Source of the DNA: Negaprion brevirostris
Lineage: Eukaryota
Direction of reading: 5' to 3'
Assembly: GCA_030324005.1 (NCBI GenBank)
Contig: JARDVH010000025.1
Location: forward strand, 69,489,696-69,553,412
Length of the DNA: 63,717 nucleotides
Shown here: positions 37,960-50,562 of the stretch, in pieces
Position numbering within the stretch: the first letter of the stretch is position 1
How the letters are laid out: each line of letters opens with the position of its first letter
The notes under the pieces: model-generated
The model's database searches: none
Seen by the model: only the letters and a program-made list of their open reading frames with translations
Told to the model about the DNA's origin: nothing
Position numbers and translations under genes: made by a program

Positions 37960-40900
37960 GCAAACATATAAATTAGGAGCAGGATTAGGTCACTCAGCCC
38001 CTTGAGCCTGCTCCATCATGGCTGATCTGACTGTAACTTCAACCCCACATTTCTACCCACCCCCACTAACTAGTCAACCCCTTGTTAATCAACAATCTAT
38101 TGAGTTCTGCCTTAAAAATACAAGAAGTCTGTTTTCACCACCCTTTGAGGAAGAGAGTTCCCAAGATTCAGGATCCTCAGAGGAAAAATTCTCCTTTGTT
38201 TTAAATGGGAGAATCTTTATTTTTAAACAGCAATACTAAATTATCTCACAAGAGGAAACAATCTGTCCACATCTTTTCAAGACTGCTCAGGATCTTATGT
38301 TTCAATTAAGTCACCGCTTACTCTTCTGAGATACAGCCTGTCCAATCTTTCCACAAAAGACAACCCACCGATTTCAGGTATTAGTCTAGTAAACATTCTC
38401 TGAGCTGCTTCCAGTGCATTTACATCCTTCCTTAAATAAGGAGACAAATACTATTCATAATAATCCAGATATAGTTTCAGCAATGCCCTATGTAACTGAA
38501 TCGTAACTTCCCAATTTTTTAATCAATTTCCCTCTCACAATAAATGATGACATTCTATTTGTTTTCCTAATTACTTGCTGTATCTGTTTTTTTTGTGATG
38601 TCATGCACTCTTTTAGAATTCGCAAATCCCTCTGCAGCTCAGAGTTCTGCAATTTCTCAACGGGTATAGGGCCTGGGTGAGATTGTTGTCTTTGTAGGAT
38701 CAATGGGCTGAATGGCCTCCATCTGCACTATAGATTCTATGATTTAGATAATATTCGTCTTTTTTATTCTTCCTGCCAAAATCAACAATTTCACATTCTC
38801 CTACATTATACATCATTTGCCAGATCATGACCCATTCAATTAACCTTTTGTAACACAGCAAGTTGCAGAGTTGCAAAGGGACCGCACGTCCTGCTGGTGT
38901 GTTTAATTTCCTCTCAGCCAGGTTACCCAAACTACACTTCCCAGAAGGCATCACATAAACAGGAAGCAGAGGTGGGTTTAACAGGAAGGGAGGGGTGGCT
39001 GTCTGAGTGTCTATAGAAGTAAATGGATTTGATGTTTGACAATCTGAGAGCAGGTGTATTCGACTATCTCTCTTTGGCATGATTTTATATTGGAATATGA
39101 ACTGGGGCTGGTTGAGCACCCAATCTTAGTAGGGCCTTACCTTTTCCAACACTGACTAAGTGACTTTCTGTCAGTGTTTTGCATTGATTACACTGGTAAA
39201 TAATTTAGTTATCTGGTTAAAGATATATGGAAGATAATTAATGTAAAGATAACATTCAACAAAATGCTAGATATTTGGTTTGTTTAATTTTTGTTTGATT
39301 TTGAAATGGTTCTGTTATGTGGAACTGACTTTGGGACAATAAATACATTGACATCATGGTGTTTATCTGATCTTTTGTGTTAAAGTGTGCTTAAATTCCC
39401 TGCCTGTAAAGATCACATTGCAATAGAATGCTCTTGCCAGTGTTAGACTATCTATATCCCTGTAAAACAGAGACAGAAAGTCACTTAGTCCATGATGGAA
39501 AAGGTGAGGGCCTACCAAAATTGCTGTCTGTACATCCCCCTCACAGCTTATTTTCCTTTCTACCTTTGTATCATCAGAAAATTGAGTAACCATACCTTCT
39601 GTCCCTTCATCTGAATCATTTATGTAATTTGTAAAAAGTTGCAGTCTCAGCACTGATCCCTATGACACACTACTCTTTCCAACAAGAAAATGACGCATTT
39701 ATTCCTACTCTGTGTTTCTTCTTAACTAACCAAAGTTCTATCCATGCTAATTTGTTACCCTATATGCCATGTGTTTTTATTTTCCATAATAACTTTTGAT
39801 GCAACATCTCATCAAATACCTTCTAGAAATCCAAGTACAGTACATCCACTAGTTCCTTTTCTCTATTGCACATTATATCTTCAAAGAACTCCAATAAATT
39901 GGTTAAATGTGATTTCCCTTCCACAAAACCATGTTGACTTTGGGTGTTTATCTTAATCCATCTTACCTATGACAAATGCTCAACCAACTGGCCTACAGTT
40001 ACCTGCACTACCTTTCTAAATAAAGGAGTTACATTAGCTATTTTTCAAGCTAATAGAATCTTCCCCAATCTAGTGAATTTTAGAAAATTAAAACCAATGC
40101 ATCAACTAAATTACTGATCAGTTCTTTTTAGATCCTAGGATGAAGACCATCAGACCTAGGAACTTGTCAGTCTGCAGATCCAACAATTTGTTTAGATATC
40201 TCTTCCCCAGTGATTGTGACTTTCTTAAGTTGCTCCCTCCCTTCCATTTCCTCCTTTATAAATAAATCAAGGATGACACTTGCATCTTCTGCAGTGAACA
40301 CATGCAAAATGTCTGTTTAATTCATCTACTACCTCCTTATGTTCCATTACTAAATTCCCAGAGTCACTTTTCATAGGATCAACACTCACTTTATTAACTT
40401 TTTTCTTTTTTAAACATCTATAGCAACTCTCACTATCTATCTTTATATTTCCAGATAGTTTTCTTTTCTTTCCTTATTAATCTTTGCTGCTTTTATATTC
40501 TGTCCAAATTTCTGACTCATCATCCACCTTTGTGCAATCAAAAGCTTTTTCTTTATATTTGTTTCTATCTTTAACTTTTATTGGCCTATCCCTTAACCAA
40601 AATTGCCAGTTCGCTTTAGCTAGTTCAGCTTTCATGCCTTCATAATTGCCTTTGTTCAAGTTAAAGTATTAGTCTTAGGCCCACTCTTCTCTCCCACAAA
40701 CCAAATGTAAAGTTCAGTCATATTAAGATCACTGCTATCTCAGGGTGCCTCCATTATGAGGTGAGTAATTACCTCTTTGCACAATACCAGGTTCAGAAAA
40801 CCCTGCTCCCTGGTTGGCTCCTAGATCATGCTGTTCTAAGAAACTGTCCTGAAAATCTTCAGTGAAATCTTTGTCTAGGCTAATTTTGCCTGTCTGATTT

Positions 40901-41290
40901 TTCCAGTCTATATGTAGAGTAACGTTGCCCATGATAATCGCCGTACCTTTCTGAGAAGCTTCCATAATTTCTTCTTTGATACCCCGTCCTACCGTGTTGG
41001 GCGGGATTTTACGGTCTCGCCTGCCGCGGGATCGGAAATTCCTGTCCGAAATCAATGGATCTTTTGCTGGTCCGTCAAATTGTCTGTCCCGCCCGCTACA
41101 ATTCCTGCGGGACCAGAAAATTTAAGCTGTTAGGGGAACTGCACACCACTCCCACAATTGACTTCTTGCCTTTATCATTCCTCATCTCTACTTAAACCTA
41201 ATATAACTAGTTTCCTGCATGTCACAGTTGTTTTGTTTCCCCCATGTTGCTTTATGCTGCCTTATGGGCTCTTTCTCTCTGAACACTGCA
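37960..41290 (-). mobile_element. Long internally deleted CR1 (APE through 3' tail) inserted into the other LINE
   Basis: Tail at 37960-38040; RT LQLFTNYIND..FSDDTKV (39560-39650); NKGNYEGMKAELAKANW (40600-40660); APE GTAIIMGN..IDWK, FLEQH (40830-40950). Contains extra sequence at ~38850-39530 and a MITE. Confidence 0.82.
40999..41128. mobile_element. ~130-bp MITE, CpG-rich, with a 3-bp TSD
   Basis: gggcgggatttt ... aaaatttaagct, with GTT on both flanks; interrupts the CR1 APE region. Confidence 0.7.
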
Positions 41291-41293
41291 CTA

Positions 41294-41665
41294 CTTTGTG
41301 CACCACAAGATCATTTCTGACAAGAAAAGATCTCACCACCTGCCTTTTGATGTTTAATAGCATTACAGTCATTGAATTCCTCACTATCAACATCCTTTGG
41401 GTTACTATTGACCAGAAACTAAACTTGATCAGCCATGTAAATACCAAGGCTACAAGAGCAGATCACAAGCTGAAAGCTTTGCAGTGAGTAATACACCTTC
41501 TGACTCCCCAAAGCCTGTCCACCATCCACAAGCTGCAAGTCAGGAGGGCGATGAATACTCTTTACTTGCCTGGTTGAGTACAGCTCCGACAATATTTAAG
41601 AAACTCAACACTGTCTAGGACAAAGCAGCCTACTTGATTGGCATCTCAATCGCCACCTGAAATTT
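41294..41665 (+). mobile_element. Right half of the split LINE
   Basis: TINILWVTIDQKLNLISHVNTKATRADHKL..L, QSLSTIHK.QVR..MEY-like. Confidence 0.75.
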
Positions 41666-44600
41666 CCAATTTCAGCCTCTGTTATCTCTGTGTAATGTCC
41701 ATTTTTCTTGTTTCTGTAAAGTACAGTGTAAGGTTCCTTAACAAATCATAGTCCTTGTGTCAATTATGGACAAATCTCTGTGTAGTGGAGAAGACCATTC
41801 CGACCATTTAAACTCATTCTGCCAGAACAAATGCCCTACCATCTTCCCATTACAGTATCTCGCTTTTTTCTAAATGAATCCTGTCTTCAAAGATTTTCCC
41901 AGAAACCCATTCCAGCTGTGTAAAGAAATACACCTCACTTTGCCCTAGTTATCTGAAAGCACTGTTCCACATTTAGTTTATCCTGCTAAGTGTATTATAT
42001 ATCACTATAATGGTCTCACCTATGTTGACACTTTTCAATGTTATCAAAACCTTCCTCTTGCTCCTCCCTTTGAAAATGTCTCATCAATGACTTTACCATT
42101 ACCTCTTGCAACCTCTTGTCGCAAAAATTAAAATTGCATGCAGTTTCACATTCGCTACCATCTCACAGACTATTATGACAGGACATTTGTGTATGAAGTG
42201 TGTGGCATATAGTACTGAGCAAATACTGGTAACTTCGTCTTAATGAGTTGGATAAGTCACTGGCTTCCTACTGAGTGAAAAGGAGGCTGCTTGGGAAAAT
42301 TTCAGTGCCATATTTGAGAGGAATCTGGCACCTCCCTAGCCACTAAAAGTACAATTTCTAGCATGCAGCTGCCTGAGTTACGCCCCTAAGAGCAACTTGG
42401 AATATCCAGATTGACTCATCTCTCCATGATCCTGAATCCAGTGAGGGTTACTTATGAATCTAAATTCCATTGAAACTACCAGGTTCATTGGTCTGCATAT
42501 TTTAAGGACCTAATCCATTATTGATGCTGATTGCAGCATATTATTCATTAAAGTGCAGCCATTTTTTAAAACTTAGTGTTTATATGGAGTTCATTCAATC
42601 CAGATTTGGTTTTCACATATATGCTAAAGGATTAGTGATATTTTGTAATTTTGTTGTCATTTCTTGCCTGTGCTACATCAATTGAGCGTTCCTAGTTGAT
42701 TAATGGACACGTCCATTCAGTACAGTTTACAGCCCTTTTATAATAGTTAATGACATGCATTACTGTTAACAATAATCATGTAGAAACCCTCCATTTCAGA
42801 TTCTATTGCAAAAACTAACATTATTGGGGTAACACAATCCACTCTCTGCCTCTTACCATTTTGACCTGTGCTACTGTACAAGTACTTTTTTAAATTGTAA
42901 ATAAATCATGTTCCAGATCTGGAGGCCTGGTCAATGACTAATTGCCATCCTTACTTCAACAGCTAATACCGAAAGCTTCAGAGATGGGTCTTCGTCAAAT
43001 TACACTTTGAGATCCACTACATGCTTCTGCTAGGGGTCACAGCCCTAGAAAATAGCATTTTAATCCCAGTGTCAGGAATTCAACATGTTCCAAAATATAT
43101 GATTGGAATAGGAGTGCTGTGTATGTTTTTCTTCAGACAGACCAATTAGCAGAACAATAAAATTAAAATTGGTGTTGCCTCACTGTGGAATTGTCAAGAT
43201 TAGACACAAAAGGCTGGAAAAGTTGGGAACTGAAAAAGAGCACCACTGCAGAATAAAGCTGGTTTTTCCCCAACTGAAGTGTTACATTAAGATATTATTT
43301 GCACCCATTGAGCACAAAATTACAGAAGCGCATTGATTTTAAATTTCAGGTTGCAGTTTAAATCTATATTTAGTACTAAGGGCAGTCTGGTGTCAGATCA
43401 ATGAACGATCATCAAGAACCAAGAACCTGAAGAAAAAGCAAAGTGTATCAGTTGTAGCATGTGAGAAAGGCTGATTGTAAATAGCAGTAATGTAATGACA
43501 ACAGTTCCTTCAAGAATTAAGATTTAGGATTGAGGCAGTAACACAAAAGCACAATAGCCACAAAGGAAAGATTCTTATTTTCTGGGAAATCAAATGAATG
43601 CTGATTGTAATTACCTGTACTCAGAGCAAAGTGGAGTTTGTGAGCATTGAGGATCTGTGATCTGAAGGATGTTACTAAATATGGAACGGAATCATCAGTA
43701 AAGGTTTATCAACAAATTGCCAAGTTATACAGTTCACAAAGGCTCGAGTCTGTGCTGAATTAACTGAACTCAGTTACCTGGAGGCATTCTATATTTGGTC
43801 CACAGCCCTAGGTTAGAGAGAGGAACATTCAGTCAGGTATCCCATTTCTGAACACTGTCCAGCAACTAATGGTAGCAGCACGTATCTGTGAACATCGGAC
43901 TGGACAAATAGTCCAGAAAAAAGGCTGAAGTCCCACCACATGCAATTCAGTTCAATAAACATGATAAAACATCTGATCGAAACAGAAAAATTAACCGTGA
44001 AGCTATTTGATTGTTATATGGACCCAACTTGTTTTCTGATGTCTTTCAGCCAAGGAATCAAGTCTTAAGGTGACTCCAGCACATACTCTGCAGTTNNNNN
44101 NNNNNAACTCTTAATGCTCTCTGAAATGACTAGTAAATCACTATGGAGTTTGGTAATAAGGAAAAGTTGGGCACCTGACTCAGGCAACGCATTAGGACAA
44201 GATTCTAAATCCAAGAACTAGTGGCCTGTGGGAAAATCTTCCCATAGTCAAATAACAGCTTGATATACCAATCTCTGTTAGCCAATGTCCTAGATTTCTT
44301 CATTGCCATGCATGAATATTCATTGTCTAACCAGCAGGATAGATGCATCAGAGGTGCAAGCACAGTTAATTGGAAGTAGTCTTGATTATGGTTTCCATGA
44401 AATCTCATGACTTTTAATCAAATCAGGATAAATAAAATCAACTGGCTGACCACCACCTAACATTTCACCTTTCAGTTTCTGTGCTCCTATATGTTTCATA
44501 ACACTTGGGAGGAAACAATAACCGAAGAAAGAGTCCAAAATCTACTCTCATTGCATTCTTTGCCCTGCACATCAAGTATGGATCAGTAGAACAACTGAAT

Positions 44601-45403
44601 AGCATGAGAGGCGAAGGACATAATTGCCACACAGGTTTTACTTTAGATGCACAGCAACTGATCAGACCACAACTTCACCAGCCTACCAGCCACAGACACA
44701 TCATTCCATGAGAGCTTTATTAGGAATGATCATTCACTGTCCATGTGAAGACAAAACCATACCTGTAGTGAGAATATCTATTGTGTTGTGTGCTGTTACT
44801 GCCAAGTGGGACGAACAGGATAGATTCAGCAGCCCAAAACTGGCCATCACACACCGTGGGCCACACAAATGCTGGATAATAATTTTCAACAAGAAGAAGC
44901 ATTTCCTTCAATGTCATCAGACATCATAAAGGTCTAGGATTGACTGGAGGGGCCAGAAGTTCTTTGCCTGTCCATCTTTTGTTCTATTACTGAAAGCTAT
45001 TTGTGCAGGATGATGCTAGAGACAACCTTCAGTTTTATTTACAGATGAAGCATTACAACAAAGTGTCTCCAAACTCAACTACGACACAGTTTCACACCAG
45101 ACTATCTTTATTTATGTTCTCAAGTGAAATCTTAATTAATGACCTTCACTTGTATATAATTAACCACAAATTATATACAATTAACATCCTTTGTCCACGT
45201 GGACTAAAGTTCCTTCATTATTGCTGTGTGAAAATCATGGTATTCCTCACATTATTGTGGGAGCAACATTACCACAAAAAACACAGGATTTATTGCACAA
45301 AAGGACATCATTTATCCTATCACGTCCACACCAGAAATAACTGTACTGATTTAAGGAGAAGGCGCATTACAATCTTCTAAGAGTAACTATGTGTGAGCAC
45401 TAT

Positions 45404-45686
45404 GGGAAGACAATGACGTAGTGGTACTGTTACTGGACTATAAATCCAGTGATTCAGGATATTGCTCTCAGGACCTGGCTTCAAATCCTAGCATGGCAGG
45501 TGTTAAATTTGAATTCAGTTAGAAGCTCTGGAATTAAAAGCCTAATGATGGCCATGAAACCTTTGTTGTAAAAACCCATCTGGTCCTTTTGGGGAATGTA
45601 ATCTACCATCCTGATCTGGCCTAGCCTACATGTGACTCCAGATTCACAGCAATCTGGTTGAGTCGTGATTGCCCTCTGAAATACCC
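45404..45686 (+). mobile_element. tRNA-derived SINE (second family)
   Basis: Head tgacgtagtggta...ctggcttcaaatcc; body aaaacccatctgg...ctacatgtgactccag..cacagcaat.tggttga. Confidence 0.8.
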
Positions 45687-46111
45687 NNNNNNNNNNNNNN
45701 NNNNNNNNNNNNNNNNNNNNNNNNNNNNNNNNNNNNNNNNNNNNNNNNNNNNNNNNNNNNNNNNNNNNNNNNNNNNNNNNNNNNNNNNNNNNNNNNNNNN
45801 NNNNNNNNNNNNNNNNNNNNNNNNNNNNNNNNNNNNNNNNNNNNNNNNNNNNNNNNNNNNNNNNNNNNNNNNNNNNNNNNNNNNNNNNNNNNNNNNNNNN
45901 NNNNNNNNNNNNNNNNNNNNNNNNNNNNNNNNNNNNNNNNNNNNNNNNNNNNNNNNNNNNNNNNNNNNNNNNNNNNNNNNNNNNNNNNNNNNNNNNNNNN
46001 NNNNNNNNNNNNNNNNNNNNNNNNNNNNNNNNNNNNNNNNNNNNNNNNNNNNNNNNNNNNNNNNNNNNNNNNNNNNNNNNNNNNNNNNNNNNNNNNNNNN
46101 NNNNNNNNNNN

Positions 46112-46360
46112 ACAGTGCAGAATGTAATGATACAGTCATAGCTATGGTGTAGAGAAAGATAAACTTAATGCAATGTAGGTCCATTTAAAAATCTGATGGC
46201 AGCAGGCAAGAACCTGTTTTTGAGTTGGTTGGTACGTGACCTCAGACTTTTGTATCTTTTTTCCGATGGGAGAAGGTGGGAGAGAGAGTGTCGGAGTGCG
46301 TGGCGTCCTTAATTATGCTGGGTGCTTTGCCAAGGTAGCAGGAAGTGTAGACAGACTCAA
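46112..46360 (-). mobile_element. Rex1/Babar-type LINE 3' portion
   Basis: Reverse complement of the 29065-29300 sequence family (HLLPSEKRYKSLRSRTNQLKNRFLPAAIR). Confidence 0.85.
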
Positions 46361-46654
46361 CCAGCAATAATGAGACAAAAAGCTTCTTAGCCTGTTTTTC
46401 AAGACATTGCTTAAAGGAAGAATGTTGACCATAAGGGAAAAATGCTGAGACAAAGGGAAATTATTTTAACTTCTTCAGAATGCTGCAGAAGATCCAGTAT
46501 TTATCTAAATGGTAGGGAGGACCTTAAGTTAACATTTATTTTAAGGATCTCTCTGAATTCACTGTTTCAGCAGTGCTGCAACTGAGAGTATCTTAGTTGT
46601 TTAATTCTTTGAATTAATCCATAATTATCTATCTCTGCAGCAAAAGTGGTATAA

Positions 46655-47885
46655 TCAGACAAAACAGCATGGATTTACAAAAGGGAAATCATGCTTGATG
46701 AATACACTGGAATTTTTTGAGGATGTAACTAGTAGAGTTGACTGGGGAGAACCAGTGGATGTGGTTTCTTTAGACATTTAGAAGGCTTTCGACAATGTCT
46801 CACATAATAGACGACTAAGTAAAGTTGAAGCACAGGATTGCAGATAATGTCTTGAGATGGATAGAAAGTTGGTTAGCAGATAGGAAGCAAAGAGTTGACA
46901 TAAATGGGTCTTTTTCTGATTGGCAATTAGTGACTAGTGGGGTTCTGCAGGAGTGTGCTAGGACTCCAACTTTTGACATTATTTATTAATGATTTGGGAA
47001 AGGGAACTGAATGTATTATCTCCAACTTTGCAGATGATACAAAATTGGGTGGGAGGGTGAGTTGTGAGGAGGATGCAGAGATGCTTCAGTGTGATTTGGA
47101 CAGGTTGAGTGTGTGGGGCATCTGCATGGCAGATGCAGTATTATGTGGATAAATATGAGATTATCCACTTTGGTAGCAATAATACAAAGACAGATTATTA
47201 CTTGAATGGCTGTAAATTAAGAGAGGCGAATACTCAACAAGACCTTGGAATCCTTGTGCATCAGTCACTGAAAGTAAAAATATAGGAACAATGAAGAAGG
47301 CAAATGGCATGTTGGCCTTCATAGCAAGAGCATTTGAGTATAGGGATATTTTGCTGCAACTGTACAGGGTGCTGGTGAGGCCACACCTGGAATATTGTAT
47401 GCAGTTTTGGTTTTCTTATATGAGGAAGGATGCCCTTGCTATAGAGGGAGTACAGCCAAGATTTACCAGGCTGATTCCTGGGATGGCAAATCTGTCATGT
47501 GAGGAGAGACTAAGTCGGTTAGGATTATATTCACTGGAGTTTAGAAGATTGAGAGGGGATCTTATAGAAACTTATAAAATTCTATCAAAGTTAGACGGGT
47601 AGTTTCAGAAAGAATGATCCCACTGGTGGGGGGTCCAGAACCAGGGGTCATAGTTTGAGGATCAGGGTTAAACCTTTTAGAACTGAGGTGAGGAGAAAGT
47701 TCTTCATTAAGAGTGTGGTGTGTGTGTGGAATGTGGTTGAGGCCAAAACATTTTGTGATTTCAAGAAGAAAGTAGACATAGCTCTTGGGACTAAAGGGAT
47801 CAAGGAATATGGGAGGGAGGGGAGATCAGGATATTAAATTTGATGATCAGCCATGATCAAAATGATTGCTTCTAGTTTCTATGAA
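46655..47885 (+). mobile_element. CR1 LINE RT plus 3' UTR
   Basis: QHGFTKGKSCLMNTLEFFE, ISNFADDTKLGG, LYRVLVRPHLEYCMQFW, LYSLEFRRLRGDLIETYKIL. Confidence 0.93.
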
Positions 47886-48046
47886 TGCAAATAATTGAAG
47901 TGAACTATCACCTTTGTCAAACTATTTTTCTTTAGAGAATTAGGTGAACCTGGACAGCTCTGTAATATAAATCACAATTCTATAATATTCATGAATGATG
48001 ATGCATTTTGACAGAACATGTATATACACACATATATGTATGACTT

Positions 48047-48402
48047 ATCATAGAATCATAGAACCCTACAGTGCAGATGAGGCCCTTTGGCCCATCCAGT
48101 CTGTACCGAACACAATCCCACCCAGGCCCTACCCCCATATCCCTACATATTAAGAACATAAGAAATAGNNNNNNNNNNNNNNNNNNNNNNNNNNNNNNNN
48201 NNNNNNNNNNNNNNNNNNNNNNNNNNNNNNNNNNNNNNNNNNNNNNNNNNNNNNNNNNNNNNNNNNNNACAAGGACCCCCAGGTCCCTCTGCACCATAGC
48301 ATGCTGCAGCTTTTCACCTTTTACCCACCAATCCCTCTAACCTACGCATCCCTGGACACTAAGGGGTAATTTCTTAGCAACTTAACCCGCACATCTTTGG
48401 AT
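48047..48402 (-). mobile_element. V-SINE 3' part interrupted by a CR1 fragment and a gap
   Basis: tcatagaatcatagaaccctacagtgcag... resumes at accaatccctctaacctacgcatccctggacactaagggg. Confidence 0.7.
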
Positions 48403-49394
48403 TTACTTTGTATTTGTCTTGAATTCAGTGCGTTTTTAAAAATAATCAGTAATTTCAAAGCCTTTTAAATTGTCCATACATCCAGAGCTATCTTTGATTT
48501 TCTAATTCTCAAACTACATCTACACCACAGGCTGCTTTTGCATCTTTTTCATACAGGAACACAATTTATTTAAGAGTGCAAATCCTATTAAGGACAATAA
48601 TGGGGTACTGGTGCATTAAATACAGGCAGATAATGCACCATTTTTGTGTCTGTACATGATATGGAAATATGATTTATTTTTTATTTAACATTAAATTTTA
48701 AATTTTGCCTGACGACTTATGCATCACTAAGACCTCTGGGGCATTGCAATTTCAGTATAAGTGTGTGTATATTAAACTTCCTATCTGTTGAAACAGAATG
48801 CTCAGATCATACGGACATTTTCCCTTAAGATTCTGAGAAGTATTAGTACACATAATGTACACTTAAGAAGAGTGAAAGGACTAAATTACTCCAACAGCAT
48901 TTGTTTAGTATTGCATTGTGACAGTTTTCAGTGAGTTGAGCATCACTCCAAACAGCTTCTGGCATCTCTTGGACTAGCAATGGTTTTCTATCCTCATGTC
49001 AATCACAGCCAAGATTCGGCACTCTCTTTCTCCCCCACACTTTCCTCAGGGAAAAGTGAGAGACAGGAAATATTCTCAGCACTATTGAGCTAGCATGCAA
49101 ATATAGTGGTGCTGGAAATCAGAACCGATTAACACCAGAGGTTTCAATACAAATGGTGCCTGGCAGCAATTGATCTGGGTGTCTCCTGAGGAACAAACAT
49201 GCCAGAGTGCTGTAAGAGACAGGATGCTGAACAGCAGGGATCATGTAGCCTAGCTTTAAGGTAATACTTTGGGTTTGGTTTGCCAGATAAAAGAGCAAGC
49301 TTTCTGCAGCCTCCTTTCTTTTTATATTCATGTCAATGTAAGCATAAAAATGAACATCCTGGATATACAAAGGACTTTTTTTAAAATATTCTTT

Positions 49395-49605
49395 CACAGG
49401 ATGTGGTTATCACTGCCTCGATCAGCACTTATTCACCATCCTAATTGCCCTTAAACTGAACAGCTTTTTAGGCCATTTGAGAGGGCAATTAAGAGTCAAC
49501 CACTTTGCTGTGGGTCTGGAGTCACATGTAAGCCAGACAAGGTAAAGACAACAGATTTCCTTCCTTCCCCAAGGACATGATGAAGCAGATGGGATTTTAT
49601 GACAA
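49395..49605 (-). mobile_element. tRNA-derived SINE (second family), 3' half
   Basis: agggcaattaagagtcaaccac.ttgctgtgggtctggagtcacatgtaagccagac. Confidence 0.8.
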
Positions 49606-49979
49606 AAGGAGAGCAAGAGGAAATGAGAGTTTCAAAAAGAATGCAAGAAGAGCCAGAAGTTTAAAAATTCCTAGTTGCTGCTGTTGGGTCACAATGTACC
49701 AAACAGATTTGGATAAAATCAAGAGTGGTGTCATAGAAAACCAGCTAAGTGATTGCTTGGCAAGTACTTTTTTGATTTGCTTATTTATCTTTCAAAATAC
49801 TAGTGCAGATTATATATAAGGTTTTCTTCATGCTAAGGTTTTTCTGATAGCAATGGTTGCTGGTAAATGGAATTGGAGGTATGTCAGGTGTTTCTCATGT
49901 GTTGGTACAGATTCAATGGGCCAAAGGGCCTCTATTGCATTGTATGATTCTCTGGTTCAGTGGTAAAGCTTATTGGAAG

Positions 49980-50278
49980 TAGAATCCCTACAAGGCAGGA
50001 GGAGGCCATTGGGTCCATTGAGTCTGCTTTGACCACAATCCCACCCAGACCCTATCCCCTGAACTACATGTATTTACCTTGCTAGTCCCCCTGACACTAA
50101 GGGCCAATTTAGCATGGCCAATCAACCTAACCCACACATCTTCAGAGTGTGGGAGGAAACTGGAGCACCCAGAGGAAACCCAAGCATGTGCAAATTCCAC
50201 ACAGTCACCCGAGGCCGGAATTGAACCGGGATCCCAGGAGTTGTGAGGCAGCAATGCTAACCACTGTGCCACCGTATT
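49980..50278 (-). mobile_element. HE1-like V-SINE, near full length
   Basis: Reverse tail, V-domain and tRNA head (ggaattgaaccggg..tgtgaggcagcaatgctaaccactgtgccacc). Confidence 0.9.
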
Positions 50279-50562
50279 GTTGCAGACTGAATGGGCTGAA
50301 AGGCCTCTTCTGCACTGTATGATTCTATGATTTGGTGTTAAAGCTCATTGGAAGTAGAAGGGCTTTATTTATTAAAATAAATAAGTAAATATAATTAAAA
50401 ATAACTAAAACTTTGACACAAAACAATTAAAATACCCATAAGACAATTAAGTATTATTTTTATAGTTAATACAAACTTTTAATAAGCACATAAATTGTCA
50501 CATAAGAAGGAGTTCTTCTAACTTAATTAAAAGACTAATTAAATTAAGTAAATATTTTTAAA

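Noticed and set aside
43740-43920. Additional ancient SINE
   Set aside because: Looks like a decayed SINE body, but I cannot define its ends or family reliably.
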